Origin: Chlamydiales bacterium
GTDB lineage: Bacteria; Chlamydiota; Chlamydiia; Chlamydiales; JACRBE01
NCBI GenBank assembly: GCA_016213235.1
Contig: JACRBE010000047.1
Span: forward strand, 56,653 to 120,652
Length of the DNA: 64,000 bases
Direction of reading: 5' to 3'
In this document: positions 50,076 through 58,418 of the stretch, piece by piece
Position numbering within the stretch: position 1 is the first letter of the stretch
Layout of the letters: each line of letters opens with the position of its first letter
Made by a program: the position numbers and the translations under genes
The notes under the pieces: generated by a model
Told to the model about the DNA's origin: nothing
Database searches by the model: none
The model's input: only the letters and a program-made list of their open reading frames with translations

Positions 50076-50303
50076 GCCCGATACTATCTTCTTGCAGCAA
50101 AACTTCCAATAATCCTCCTGCTGTTGATATGAACACACTGCCGTGTAATTGATAACATGCAGCGCAAGAGATAGATCCGCTGCCGCAAGATTTAGTTAAT
50201 CGCTGTCCCCCTCTCTCATAAGTTTTTACGGAATGTGGGAATTATAGCAAGACTTGAAATAAAGTAATGGGAAATCAGCCTGTTTTTTTCGTGCAGCAGG
50301 TCT

Positions 50304-51146
50304 TTAATCAAATGGATGGCTAGTTTTGTCGACTAGTTGGCTCTCTATGAAAAGCCATCTGGCAACTGTATCTAGTATTACAGAAATACTTTGTTTTTCT
50401 GGCTTAGCTTTACTCCCTACTGTTTCTATATAGAAGGTATTTGGCATGCAATAGGTGGCAACAGCGTTTTGATAATTGCAATAAGGCTGACTTGATATAA
50501 AAAGACAAGAGCCTGTCTTAGGATTTCTCGATAAAAAGTCATATATAGTGTCTGTTGTGGTAGGACGTCGTAAAGCTCTATTTCCAACAATCATAGGAGT
50601 ATTAATAACAATGACGGGAACTTCTCTCATTTCTTGTGGTATGTCCAAATGATTGAAGTAATATGTTGCAACATCTGATTCCACATAAATCGGCAAATCT
50701 ATTTTTTCAAATATAGGATCAAGAGGGCGTTCACTTGATAAGAAAACAATGTGCTGAAATCGAATACCATTATTCCACTGATCAATAAAGAAGTTAATTC
50801 TTGAAGCAAAAGTATGAATGCTGGCTCCAAGAACACATGCGTAATCGTAATTTTTTTGAGTGGGAAGTTTTTCTTCTAATAATCCAAGCTGATCGATAAG
50901 TTCAAAAAAATAAGCCTTATTTTCTAAAGCAATATCTGGTATTTCCCATCTTTCTTTATTGGACGGACGAAGCCATTTTTTTTGCGTTTCTTCGACAATG
51001 GAGGAAAGGCTTCCATCATGTTTGACTCCCATGAGCTCTAGTAATTTTAATAGAGGAGGAGAAAGAGCATTATCATCTGCTTTAAGAATCACCTGTAAAC
51101 TTATAAAAAGAACAAAGAAATACTTCATTGAGCCTCTAGTAGCCAT
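50304..51146 (-). CDS. Exported protein, possibly DUF218 (YdcF/ElyC-like)
   Basis: It has a signal peptide (MKYFFVLFISLQVILKA). ACVLGASIHTFASRINFF...IVFLSSERPL...RRPTTTDTIYDFL...CLFISSQPYCNYQ loosely follows the DUF218 pattern. Weak by-eye call. Confidence 0.4.
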   Translation of the reverse strand: MATRGSMKYFFVLFISLQVILKADDNALSPPLLKLLELMGVKHDGSLSSIVEETQKKWLRPSNKERWEIPDIALENKAYFFELIDQLGLLEEKLPTQKNYDYACVLGASIHTFASRINFFIDQWNNGIRFQHIVFLSSERPLDPIFEKIDLPIYVESDVATYYFNHLDIPQEMREVPVIVINTPMIVGNRALRRPTTTDTIYDFLSRNPKTGSCLFISSQPYCNYQNAVATYCMPNTFYIETVGSKAKPEKQSISVILDTVARWLFIESQLVDKTSHPFD

Positions 51147-51149
51147 ATG

Positions 51150-51773
51150 CTACCAAAACAGTCCTTTTAATCCTTTAGAAAAGATTTCAAAAGCTAAGGC
51201 TGCTAGGATAAGTCCGCCGATTCTGGTGATAATATTTAATCCGGTCTCTCCGAGATAGCGCTCAATTTGTACACCAAAGTAAAATAAAAGAGCAGTTGTA
51301 ATACCTACTAAAAGAGCGCAACCAGTAAGGATGAATTTTTGCAAGATAGTATGGTAGACGTTAGAGGCTACAATAACAGCGCTCAAAGCTCCAGGACCAG
51401 ACATAATGGGCATGGCAAGTGGCACAACAGCGATGGATGCTTTTGCTTTTAACTCATCTTCTGTTTGCCGCATCGAGCTTACCTTTGCATTAAGCATGGA
51501 AAGAGCTAGTAAAAATACAACAATAGCACCAGCGCATTGGAAAGCAGGAACACTAATGCCTAGGAATTCAAGCAATGGAGCGCCTATCCAAGTTGCAATT
51601 GTTAAAATGACAGCAACTGCCATACCGGAAGAAAACCCGATAAAGGTCCTCTGTTGTTTGGCTCTGCCTTGCGTTAAACTTAAAAAGACAGGTAAGGCAG
51701 TTAATGGGCTACAAAGAATAAACAAGGAGATAAAATAATTAATAACCCAGGAAAATTCCATCATAGCCCTCAC
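51150..51773 (-). CDS. MarC-family (UPF0056) integral membrane protein
   Basis: 207 aa with six TM segments. The N-terminal FISLFILCSPLTALPVFLSLT matches the MarC signature (nPlg.lPvFlslt). Confidence 0.8.
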   Translation of the reverse strand: MRAMMEFSWVINYFISLFILCSPLTALPVFLSLTQGRAKQQRTFIGFSSGMAVAVILTIATWIGAPLLEFLGISVPAFQCAGAIVVFLLALSMLNAKVSSMRQTEDELKAKASIAVVPLAMPIMSGPGALSAVIVASNVYHTILQKFILTGCALLVGITTALLFYFGVQIERYLGETGLNIITRIGGLILAALAFEIFSKGLKGLFW

Positions 51774-51931
51774 GAACGCTTTATGCTTTCAGTAACTGTT
51801 AATAATATGGTCTATCTTTGATGACAATAGAATTTTTCTAAACTGCGCTTGTTAATGCAAAAAATGTTTGATACTTTTCTTGTTATTTCTTACAACAGAT
51901 AGCGACCATCAACCAAACACAAGGATTAATC

Positions 51932-52318
51932 ATGAAAATTATCGTATTACTCGGCAGAATATTTTATTCTGCTATCTTTATTCTTTCCTCATTTGGACAT
52001 TTTACGTCTGCTACCGTGCAGTATGCAGCATCTCAAGGGGTTCCCATGGCTCATCTACTCGTGCCAATATCAGGGATTCTTGCTCTGCTTGGAGGCCTTA
52101 GTATTTTACTTGGCTATAGGGCAAGATATGGGGCGTGGCTCTTAGTGATCTTTTTAGTGCCTGTAACGCTCATGATCCATAACTATTGGGTGCATCAAGA
52201 TCAAGCAAGAGTGATGATAGAACAAGTGATGTTTATGAAAAACATCTCTATGCTCGGCGCCGCTCTTTTAATTGCATATTTTGGATCAGGACCTCTTAGC
52301 TTAGATAAAAGAAGATAA
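51932..52318 (+). CDS. DoxX-family membrane protein, copy 1
   Basis: 128 aa with four TM segments (LLGRIFYSAIFILSSFGHF...GGLSILLGYRARYGAWLLVIF). It is paralogous to 62938-63318. Confidence 0.8.
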   Translation: MKIIVLLGRIFYSAIFILSSFGHFTSATVQYAASQGVPMAHLLVPISGILALLGGLSILLGYRARYGAWLLVIFLVPVTLMIHNYWVHQDQARVMIEQVMFMKNISMLGAALLIAYFGSGPLSLDKRR

Positions 52319-52324
52319 ATTAAG

Positions 52325-52348
52325 GCTCCTCTAATTGAGGAGCTGTTT
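52325..52348 (+). terminator. Candidate rho-independent terminator after DoxX copy 1
   Basis: GCTCCTC-taatt-GAGGAGC is a perfect 7-bp G+C-rich stem followed by TGTTT, 7 nt after the stop. Confidence 0.5.
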
Positions 52349-52443
52349 CATAGTAAAAAATTTAATAGCATGATGCTCTATTTCTTGTAAGTCTCTATCT
52401 ATTTTGGTATCATACCCTTTTCTTAATACAAAAAAGATTGTTT

Positions 52444-53583
52444 ATGGAAGCTTTTGTCGTTTGTGCAAGTGGCCTTGAAAGCCTTTTAATGGAAGAACTT
52501 AAGGAGCTCGGTATTGGAAAAATCCGAAAAGGGTTTCGTGGTGTTTATGTTCCAAATGAAATGAATATCATCTATACCATTAACTATTGTTCTAGGATTG
52601 CAATCCGAGTATTAAAACCTTTAATTAAATTTTATTGCAAGGATGCTAAAGCTTTATATACTGAAAGTAGAGAAATTGATTGGTGCCTTTATTTAGATCC
52701 AAGTAAAACATTTGCAATTGATTCCAATGTCTCCCATCCATTACTTCGCAATTCATTATTTGCCGCCCAAGTCCTTAAAGATGCTATTTGTGATACAATT
52801 AGAGAAGCGCATAACGCTCGTCCTTCTATATCTGTCGATAGTCCAGATGTGCAACTCAATTTGTTTATTCAAAAAGGGATGGCGACCATTAGTTTTGATA
52901 CATCAGGCACGCCACTTTATAAGCGTGGCTATAGATATCCACAAACGATAGCAAAAGACCCCATCCATGCTCCAATTCAAGAATCGCTAGCAGCAGCTAT
53001 TTTGCGCCTTGCTAAATACAGTAAGGAAGATAAACTGTGTGACCCTTGTTGTGGCAGTGGTACCTTTTTAATTGAAGCTGCAATGGTTGCAACAAACACG
53101 CCAGCTGGTTTTTTCAGAAAATCATGGGGATTTAAAAATCTTCCTGAATATGTAGAAGAAGAGTGGCTTGAGGTAAAAAAGAGTGTTGATCAAGCTATTA
53201 TTCCTCTTCCAAAGGGATTAATTATGGGGGCAGATAAGGATTTATCTGTCATGAGTACTTGTAAACAAAATCTTCTACGTGCTGGATTTGCAGAATCAAT
53301 TACAATACAAGGAAAAGAGATTGAAAGATTTTCTCCCATAGATAAACCATCTTTAATTGTATGCAACCCTCCCTATGGAAGAAGGCTGCCGGTTGCAAAT
53401 AGGTTCTACCTATCTCTTGCACAATTCATGCAGGAAAGATGCAGCCCACAGACAAAAACGTTTGTACTGAGCCCTAATTTAGATGTGGAAAAAAAAGATA
53501 TAGAAGAAAAAGGACTTTCTGTTCACTCTCTTTTTCCTATTTTAAATGGCGGGCTGGAAACGCAGCTGTACTGCTTGGAGTAG
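52444..53583 (+). CDS. THUMP-domain class I SAM-dependent RNA methyltransferase (RlmL N-terminal/UPF0020-like)
   Basis: Motif I DPCCGSGTFLIEAA and motif IV NPPYGRRL are present, with an N-terminal ferredoxin-like/THUMP region. The track start TTG 52438 is 2 codons upstream of ATG 52444. Confidence 0.85.
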   Translation: MEAFVVCASGLESLLMEELKELGIGKIRKGFRGVYVPNEMNIIYTINYCSRIAIRVLKPLIKFYCKDAKALYTESREIDWCLYLDPSKTFAIDSNVSHPLLRNSLFAAQVLKDAICDTIREAHNARPSISVDSPDVQLNLFIQKGMATISFDTSGTPLYKRGYRYPQTIAKDPIHAPIQESLAAAILRLAKYSKEDKLCDPCCGSGTFLIEAAMVATNTPAGFFRKSWGFKNLPEYVEEEWLEVKKSVDQAIIPLPKGLIMGADKDLSVMSTCKQNLLRAGFAESITIQGKEIERFSPIDKPSLIVCNPPYGRRLPVANRFYLSLAQFMQERCSPQTKTFVLSPNLDVEKKDIEEKGLSVHSLFPILNGGLETQLYCLE

Positions 53584-53703
53584 CTTCTAAAGAAGCTACG
53601 ATAGTTTGTGTAGAGCGTAATTGAGCTATTACTTCATCCCATGTTATTAGAATTTACTTAACAGTTGCGAGCCCTGGCTTAAAGAATAAACAAGCTAAAT
53701 GCT

Positions 53704-55008
53704 TCAAAAAGGTTTTTTAGAGTTGTCTTTCTCAAACTGAATGAGTATTTGATTTCCATCCTCTACTGCTTTGTCTAAAGCCTCTTTTGGGGTCAACTCA
53801 CCTTGAAAGGCTTTTTCTAGATAGTCGATGATGTTTTCACGAATGATCGGATAATTGCCTAAGCGAATACCTTTTGTAAAAGGAGAAATTTTTTGATTCA
53901 TGACTTCAAGTATTGCAATTTCTGCAGCAGGATTTTCTTCATAATATCCCTTTTTTTTGGAAAAATAATAAGCAGCTTCTGTGATAGGTAGATATCCTGT
54001 TTGTTGATGCCAGTAAGCTTGTACTTCCGGAAGTGAAAGATAAGAAAATAGATGGGCAATTCCACGATAAATATCATCATTAAAACCGGCTATTGCCCAA
54101 AAAGAGGACCCTCCGATGTTCAGGCGATAAGGAGATCCTGGGATATCAGACCAGTAAGGCATAAATCCAACACCAATAGGATGAGAGGATTTTTTCAGCA
54201 TCGGTAAGCGATTGGCTCCCTGGAGCAAAATACCGCAGCGTCCCTCTTTAAAAAAACGCTCCGGTTCATCAGTAAAACGTCCTTTGTAACTAAAAATTCC
54301 CGCTTTTTGCCAGTCGATTAGTTTTTGTAGATGTCTGATTTGATATTTTTCGTTAAAGATAAGACGAGCAGACAGGCTCTGAAATCCATTTTCCTCTGTT
54401 GCAAAAGGAAGGTTGTGCCAAGAGCAAAGATGTTCAAGGTGATAGGCTGCTGGCCATGCGGTAACAAATCCATTATAGCCTGCTTTGACAAGTTTGAGTC
54501 CCATTGCTTCCATCTCCTCCCAGGTTTTAGGGGGATGGTTAGGATCAAGACCTGCTACCTCAAACGCTTTTTTATTATAAAATAAAATACCTGTGGAGGC
54601 ATTCCATGGCAGGGAAAACATCTTGCCATCAGATGTGGAATAAAACTCCCGTACTGCATCGATATAGACATCAGAATCAAATTTTTTGAAATAAAGGCGC
54701 ATGATAGCATCTGCAGGAACAAACATCTGCGGTTTTAGCATCATCGTTTGTGTGGCTACTTCATAGACTTGTAAAAGATGAGGAGGTGTATTATTTTCAA
54801 AAGCTGTTACTCCAAGCTTAAATGTGTCAGCATAGTTTCCTTTATAGACTAAGATAACCGTATAATTACTTGATTGATGGTTGAAATCATCGATAATCTC
54901 TTTGAATTTATCATATAAAAAGCCTTCAAAAGAGTGCCAGAAAATGATGTCGGTACTGAAAAGAAAAGAACTAAAAAAGAAGGAAATAACAAAAAGTAAG
55001 TGTTTCAT
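53704..55008 (-). CDS. ugpB: sn-glycerol-3-phosphate ABC transporter substrate-binding protein (UgpB-like)
   Basis: Long collinear matches to E. coli UgpB: LQVYEVATQTMM (LQVYEVGTATMM), LFYNKKAFEVAGLDPNHPPKTWEE, WHQQTGYLPITEAAY (WHQKTGYLPITKAAY), PFTKGIRLGNYPIIR (PFTKGLRLGNMPQIR). The signal-peptide start MKHLLFVISFFF is at 55008. Confidence 0.9.
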   Translation of the reverse strand: MKHLLFVISFFFSSFLFSTDIIFWHSFEGFLYDKFKEIIDDFNHQSSNYTVILVYKGNYADTFKLGVTAFENNTPPHLLQVYEVATQTMMLKPQMFVPADAIMRLYFKKFDSDVYIDAVREFYSTSDGKMFSLPWNASTGILFYNKKAFEVAGLDPNHPPKTWEEMEAMGLKLVKAGYNGFVTAWPAAYHLEHLCSWHNLPFATEENGFQSLSARLIFNEKYQIRHLQKLIDWQKAGIFSYKGRFTDEPERFFKEGRCGILLQGANRLPMLKKSSHPIGVGFMPYWSDIPGSPYRLNIGGSSFWAIAGFNDDIYRGIAHLFSYLSLPEVQAYWHQQTGYLPITEAAYYFSKKKGYYEENPAAEIAILEVMNQKISPFTKGIRLGNYPIIRENIIDYLEKAFQGELTPKEALDKAVEDGNQILIQFEKDNSKKPF

Positions 55009-55022
55009 AAAACCCAAGATAA

Positions 55023-55328
55023 TTAAGTGATTTCTCCAAGAAAGTGCCCATTCCACCATCTTTTTCGCCATCGCATGACATGTACCTCATTTCTGATGCC
55101 TGCCTTGGTATAAGGATCCGCTAGCATAAAAGCATTTGCTTCTTTTTTAGTATCCACATCAAGTAGAGTAATACCACCTATAATTTCTTTTCCATCATCG
55201 GATAAAAGAGCTCCTGCGGCTAGAACTTTCGCACCTGCATTTTTGTGATGCTCTCTGTGAGACTTCCGATGAGTCTCTCGAATTTTTTCCATATTAGGAT
55301 GATCGAGTGCATAAATAAGAAATGGCAT
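55023..55328 (-). CDS. YciI-family protein
   Basis: MPFLIYALDHPN...RETHRKSHREHH...LAAGALLSDDGKEIIGGITLLDV...ANAFMLADPYTKAG follows the YciI pattern. The preferred start is 55328. Confidence 0.75.
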   Translation of the reverse strand: MPFLIYALDHPNMEKIRETHRKSHREHHKNAGAKVLAAGALLSDDGKEIIGGITLLDVDTKKEANAFMLADPYTKAGIRNEVHVMRWRKRWWNGHFLGEIT

Positions 55329-55342
55329 ACATGTCACCAAAG

Positions 55343-55840
55343 TTAAGGATTAGATAATTCTAAAATAGACCCACCGATCACATCTCCGTGGATGATCACA
55401 TCGGACGCCACATATACCAGACCATTCCCTTTTTGAAAGGTAATAGACCCATTTATTTCTGTAGAGTCTTTTAACTCTACAATAAGAGGCTCACTATTTG
55501 CATTATCAATATATAAAGAAGGCAAACTGCAAGAAGTTAAAACTACATTTCCACTACGAATAATCATGTCTTTTAAGAATTTAGTGTCTAGTGCACTTAA
55601 CGTTCCTTCGACGTGCACCTCTCTTTTTACTGTGCATGCCTCTAATGTAACATCCCCCTTAACCATCAATCCAAAAAGGATACTTCGGATCCCTTCTATT
55701 TTACCAGTTTTTTCAATGACGATAGTGCTAAAAACAGTGGCATCTTTCAGATTAAAGTTGCCATTAACAGTCAGTAATCCATGACAAGCAGCTGCCCACA
55801 TACCGATTGTTGTACTAGCAATAAGCAGTTTTTTTTGCAT
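55343..55840 (-). CDS. Exported beta-helix repeat protein, bactofilin-like (polymer-forming cytoskeletal family?)
   Basis: 165 aa. It shows repeating short beta-strand periodicity (VKGDVTLEACTVKREVHVEGTL...IIHGDVIGGSILE) like DUF583/bactofilin. It also has an N-terminal signal-like peptide (MQKKLLIASTTIGMWAAAC), which is atypical for bactofilins. Confidence 0.35.
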   Translation of the reverse strand: MQKKLLIASTTIGMWAAACHGLLTVNGNFNLKDATVFSTIVIEKTGKIEGIRSILFGLMVKGDVTLEACTVKREVHVEGTLSALDTKFLKDMIIRSGNVVLTSCSLPSLYIDNANSEPLIVELKDSTEINGSITFQKGNGLVYVASDVIIHGDVIGGSILELSNP

Positions 55841-55893
55841 AAAGATTCTCAGTTGAGTTAAAAGGGAATCTCAATATAAGAGATAAATTGTTT

Positions 55894-56565
55894 TTATGAA
55901 AGAAACGACTTATATTTTCTAAATAATTTGTAAAAAATCCATCCAATCAAAAACAGTAAAAAGCATATAGCAAACAAAAATGCAACGGCAGGAAGAGCTT
56001 TCATATAATCATTGATCATTTTTTTATGTTTAGCTAAGAAATATTCACAATCATTTAAAAAAGAATTAAGATAGTCAAATACTTGGTCTTGTTTCATCAC
56101 TTTTTCTTTAAAATTGTAGGATACAAAGTCTATTGGAGAGCAAGTAGCCAAAAGAGGAACTCTTGTTGTTGATCTGCGATGCGTGTTATAATGCACTTGG
56201 TAGAACTCAAAATCAACGAGCGTTGTTTCCTCGTTTTTTAATAAGACGCATAGCCGGGGCGTTTTGTAGTATAAATGATTTTGTTTCATAAAAGACAAAA
56301 TATCATTTTTTAGCTTGGGGAAGTTTTGGATGTCGCTTGTAAAAATGAAGCATGGATAATCATAATTTTGATTTAATTGTTGTAAGAACTGTTCCATGAT
56401 TTGATTTTCTTGTGATGATAAAAGAGAGGCACGATCAAAAACATGTTGTCGTTGAAGAGCGGGAGTTCTCCATGAATCATAATATGCTATAGCGGTAACA
56501 AATAATACCAATGCTATAAGAAAAAAGCGCGCTTTGGAAATGTAAGATCTATAGTTTTGTATCAT
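55894..56565 (-). CDS. TPM-domain-like membrane protein
   Basis: The preferred start is MIQNYRSYISKARFF (56565). It has an N-terminal TM segment, then HVFDRASLLSSQENQIMEQFLQQL...YPCFIFTSDIQNFP (TPM pattern v.D.a.lLs..e...l...l), and a C-terminal TM segment (AVAFLFAICFLLFLIGWIF). Confidence 0.45.
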   Translation of the reverse strand: MIQNYRSYISKARFFLIALVLFVTAIAYYDSWRTPALQRQHVFDRASLLSSQENQIMEQFLQQLNQNYDYPCFIFTSDIQNFPKLKNDILSFMKQNHLYYKTPRLCVLLKNEETTLVDFEFYQVHYNTHRRSTTRVPLLATCSPIDFVSYNFKEKVMKQDQVFDYLNSFLNDCEYFLAKHKKMINDYMKALPAVAFLFAICFLLFLIGWIFYKLFRKYKSFLS

Positions 56566-56776
56566 TATAAGATAAATTTTCGTGTGTTTTATCAATTGTA
56601 TCACAAAAAAAATGAATTTCACGTACAAAAAACGATTTAATATTAATTTTTTTTTATACAAAAAACGAGTCCGTATATAGATATAAGGTCATAAAGATTT
56701 TTATTAACATTAATCGTTGTTGAGTGAAATTCTTATATTAAGTATGTAAAATTTGTAACCTAATATGGGGGAAATA

Positions 56777-57034
56777 ATGGCTAAAAAAACAGCTAGAAAA
56801 AAAACAGCTGCTAAAAAAACAGCAAGAAAAGTAGTTAAAAAAACAGCAAGAAAAGTAGTTAGAAAAAAAGCTGCAAAAAAAGCAGTTAAAAAGACAGCTA
56901 GAAAAACAGCTGCTAAAAAAACAACTACTAAAAAAACAACTACAAAAAGAAAAGCTGCTAAGAAAAAAACAGCTAAAAGTGCAATGAAAGGATCTGGAAC
57001 AGGCGGCGATATGCCTCCAGGTTGTGGATGCTAA
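56777..57034 (+). CDS. Lysine-rich histone H1-like nucleoid protein (chlamydial Hc2/HctB-like)
   Basis: MAKKTARKKTAAKKTARKVVKKTARKVVRKKAAKKAVKKTARKTAAKKTTTKKTTTKRKAAKKKTAK consists of degenerate KKTA[AR]K repeats like chlamydial histone-like proteins. A GGGGGA Shine-Dalgarno lies 6 nt upstream of ATG 56777. The tail is unusual: GSGTGGDMPPGCGC. Confidence 0.8.
   Translation: MAKKTARKKTAAKKTARKVVKKTARKVVRKKAAKKAVKKTARKTAAKKTTTKKTTTKRKAAKKKTAKSAMKGSGTGGDMPPGCGC
56813..56860 (+). repeat. Perfect 24-bp tandem duplication inside the histone-like gene
   Basis: aaaaaaacagcaagaaaagtagtt occurs at 56813-56836 and again at 56837-56860 (KKTARKVV x2). It is embedded in a longer degenerate 15-24-bp periodicity across 56780-56960. 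Confidence 0.9.
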
Positions 57035-57045
57035 TATCGTTTTAT

Positions 57046-58092
57046 TTAATCAATGGTCAGGAGTTTTTTCACACTGACCATTGATTTTTTCTTATCAATA
57101 CTAATTAATTTTTTCTCTTCTAAGCGCTTGATCACATTTAAGGATGAATCCTTCCCTTCCCATTGGTTTATATTTGCAATAGGAGATGAAAATAAGGCGT
57201 TGATAATATCTTGTGAAGATTCTAGATCAAAGGTCTCTTGCTGCATTTGTTGATATAAACGTAAGATTTTTTCTCCCTTAGATAAGAGTTTTTCTCCCTC
57301 TTCTATCATGCTACTTAAGAAAAAAGAGATCCATTGATTCCAATCGTTTGTTGAGTTGATTAAAAAAAGTCTTTCAAAATACTCTAAGCGATGTTTTTTG
57401 AAATAAGAGCTTAAGTAAAACATTGGAGTGGAAAGGAGCTTTTTCTTATAAAGAAATAGAGGAATACAAATGCGTGCAACGCGCCCATTACCATCCATAA
57501 ATGGGTGTATAATAAGAAGTTGGGCAAAAAAAACAGCTAGTTGTACAAGGGGGTCTTTTTCTTGATAAGCTATATATTTTTTAAGTTCCAGCATACTCTT
57601 TGATAAGATGTTAACAGCGGGTGGATAGTAGTAGGCCTTGTCAATACTACATCCCTTTTTACCAATCCAATTTTGACGATCACGAAATTTGCCGATATCT
57701 TTTTTAGGTAGCGTAGCATCTTGTTTAATAATGCCATGGATCTTACGTAGAAGCGTAAGAGAAATAGAACTCTTTTTAACCTGTTTCACAGCAGTGGATA
57801 AGGCAACGTGATAATTGATAATCGTGAGTAGGTCTTCCCTATCAGATACAGGCTCAAAAGCGCATGCTATAAGCAACTCTTTCATTGTGGTAGTTACTTG
57901 TTGGGAGTGGACAGACGATAGTACTTCTTGGAGTGTTAATGTAGAAAATACCTGCTCAGGATTTTTTACTTGTTTTAGCATTTCATTATATCTAGCTAAA
58001 ACAGCATGAGCTTTGCCAATTAGTGGAACAAAAGCATCCCAATTCAACGAGCGCAACGGGAGTCTATCAGGAATGCAAGTTTTATATTTCAT
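57046..58092 (-). CDS. Fic-family protein (Fic_N + Fic + C-terminal helical/wHTH-like region)
   Basis: 348 aa. The Fic motif is HPFMDGNGRVAR. The N-terminal region aligns with the Fic_N pattern, but where SSxIEG is expected the sequence reads LSSVHSQQVT, with no glutamate. Confidence 0.85.
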   Translation of the reverse strand: MKYKTCIPDRLPLRSLNWDAFVPLIGKAHAVLARYNEMLKQVKNPEQVFSTLTLQEVLSSVHSQQVTTTMKELLIACAFEPVSDREDLLTIINYHVALSTAVKQVKKSSISLTLLRKIHGIIKQDATLPKKDIGKFRDRQNWIGKKGCSIDKAYYYPPAVNILSKSMLELKKYIAYQEKDPLVQLAVFFAQLLIIHPFMDGNGRVARICIPLFLYKKKLLSTPMFYLSSYFKKHRLEYFERLFLINSTNDWNQWISFFLSSMIEEGEKLLSKGEKILRLYQQMQQETFDLESSQDIINALFSSPIANINQWEGKDSSLNVIKRLEEKKLISIDKKKSMVSVKKLLTID

Positions 58093-58418
58093 TGAGTGTA
58101 CAGCTATTATGGACTTTTTCTTTTACATAGCGACTAAACACAAAAAAAGCAATTATTCTGCAGACATAGACAGATCAGTGGCGATATTAATGTATTGTGA
58201 TAAATAATAATAAGGCGAAAAAGCATAGGTAAGCCAATATTGCGGAAGGAGATTCTGACCAGGGAGCTTAAACAAGGTTGTAAAGATGGATGTCTGGTAT
58301 CAAAAAATACTAAACAAAGACTCGCTTAAGAGATCCTATTTTATGCTTTGCAATCGTTCAAGCAGAATTAAGAAACCTGTTATAGGGAATCTTATATAGG
58401 TAGGATACAATCATGCCA

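Noticed and set aside
53581-53598. The palindrome TAGCTTCT-aa-AGAAGCTA overlaps the stop codon of the THUMP methyltransferase gene.
   Set aside because: The 2-nt loop is sterically poor and no U-tract follows. It is probably fortuitous or at most a weak stabiliser.
56662-56776. I searched for a sigma28-type late promoter (TAAAG-N11/12-GCCGATAA) upstream of the histone-like gene.
   Set aside because: Only a TAAAG at about 56692 is present, followed by a poor -10 match (taatcgtt). That is not enough to call a promoter.
57295-57312. The S-M-I-E-E-G match to the Fic inhibitory motif lies C-terminal to the active site of the 57046-58092 Fic protein.
   Set aside because: I do not accept it as proof of class III auto-inhibition. 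It lies in the helix that normally follows the Fic core in Fic_N-type proteins, so the match may be coincidental. It is retained as a caveat in the finding.
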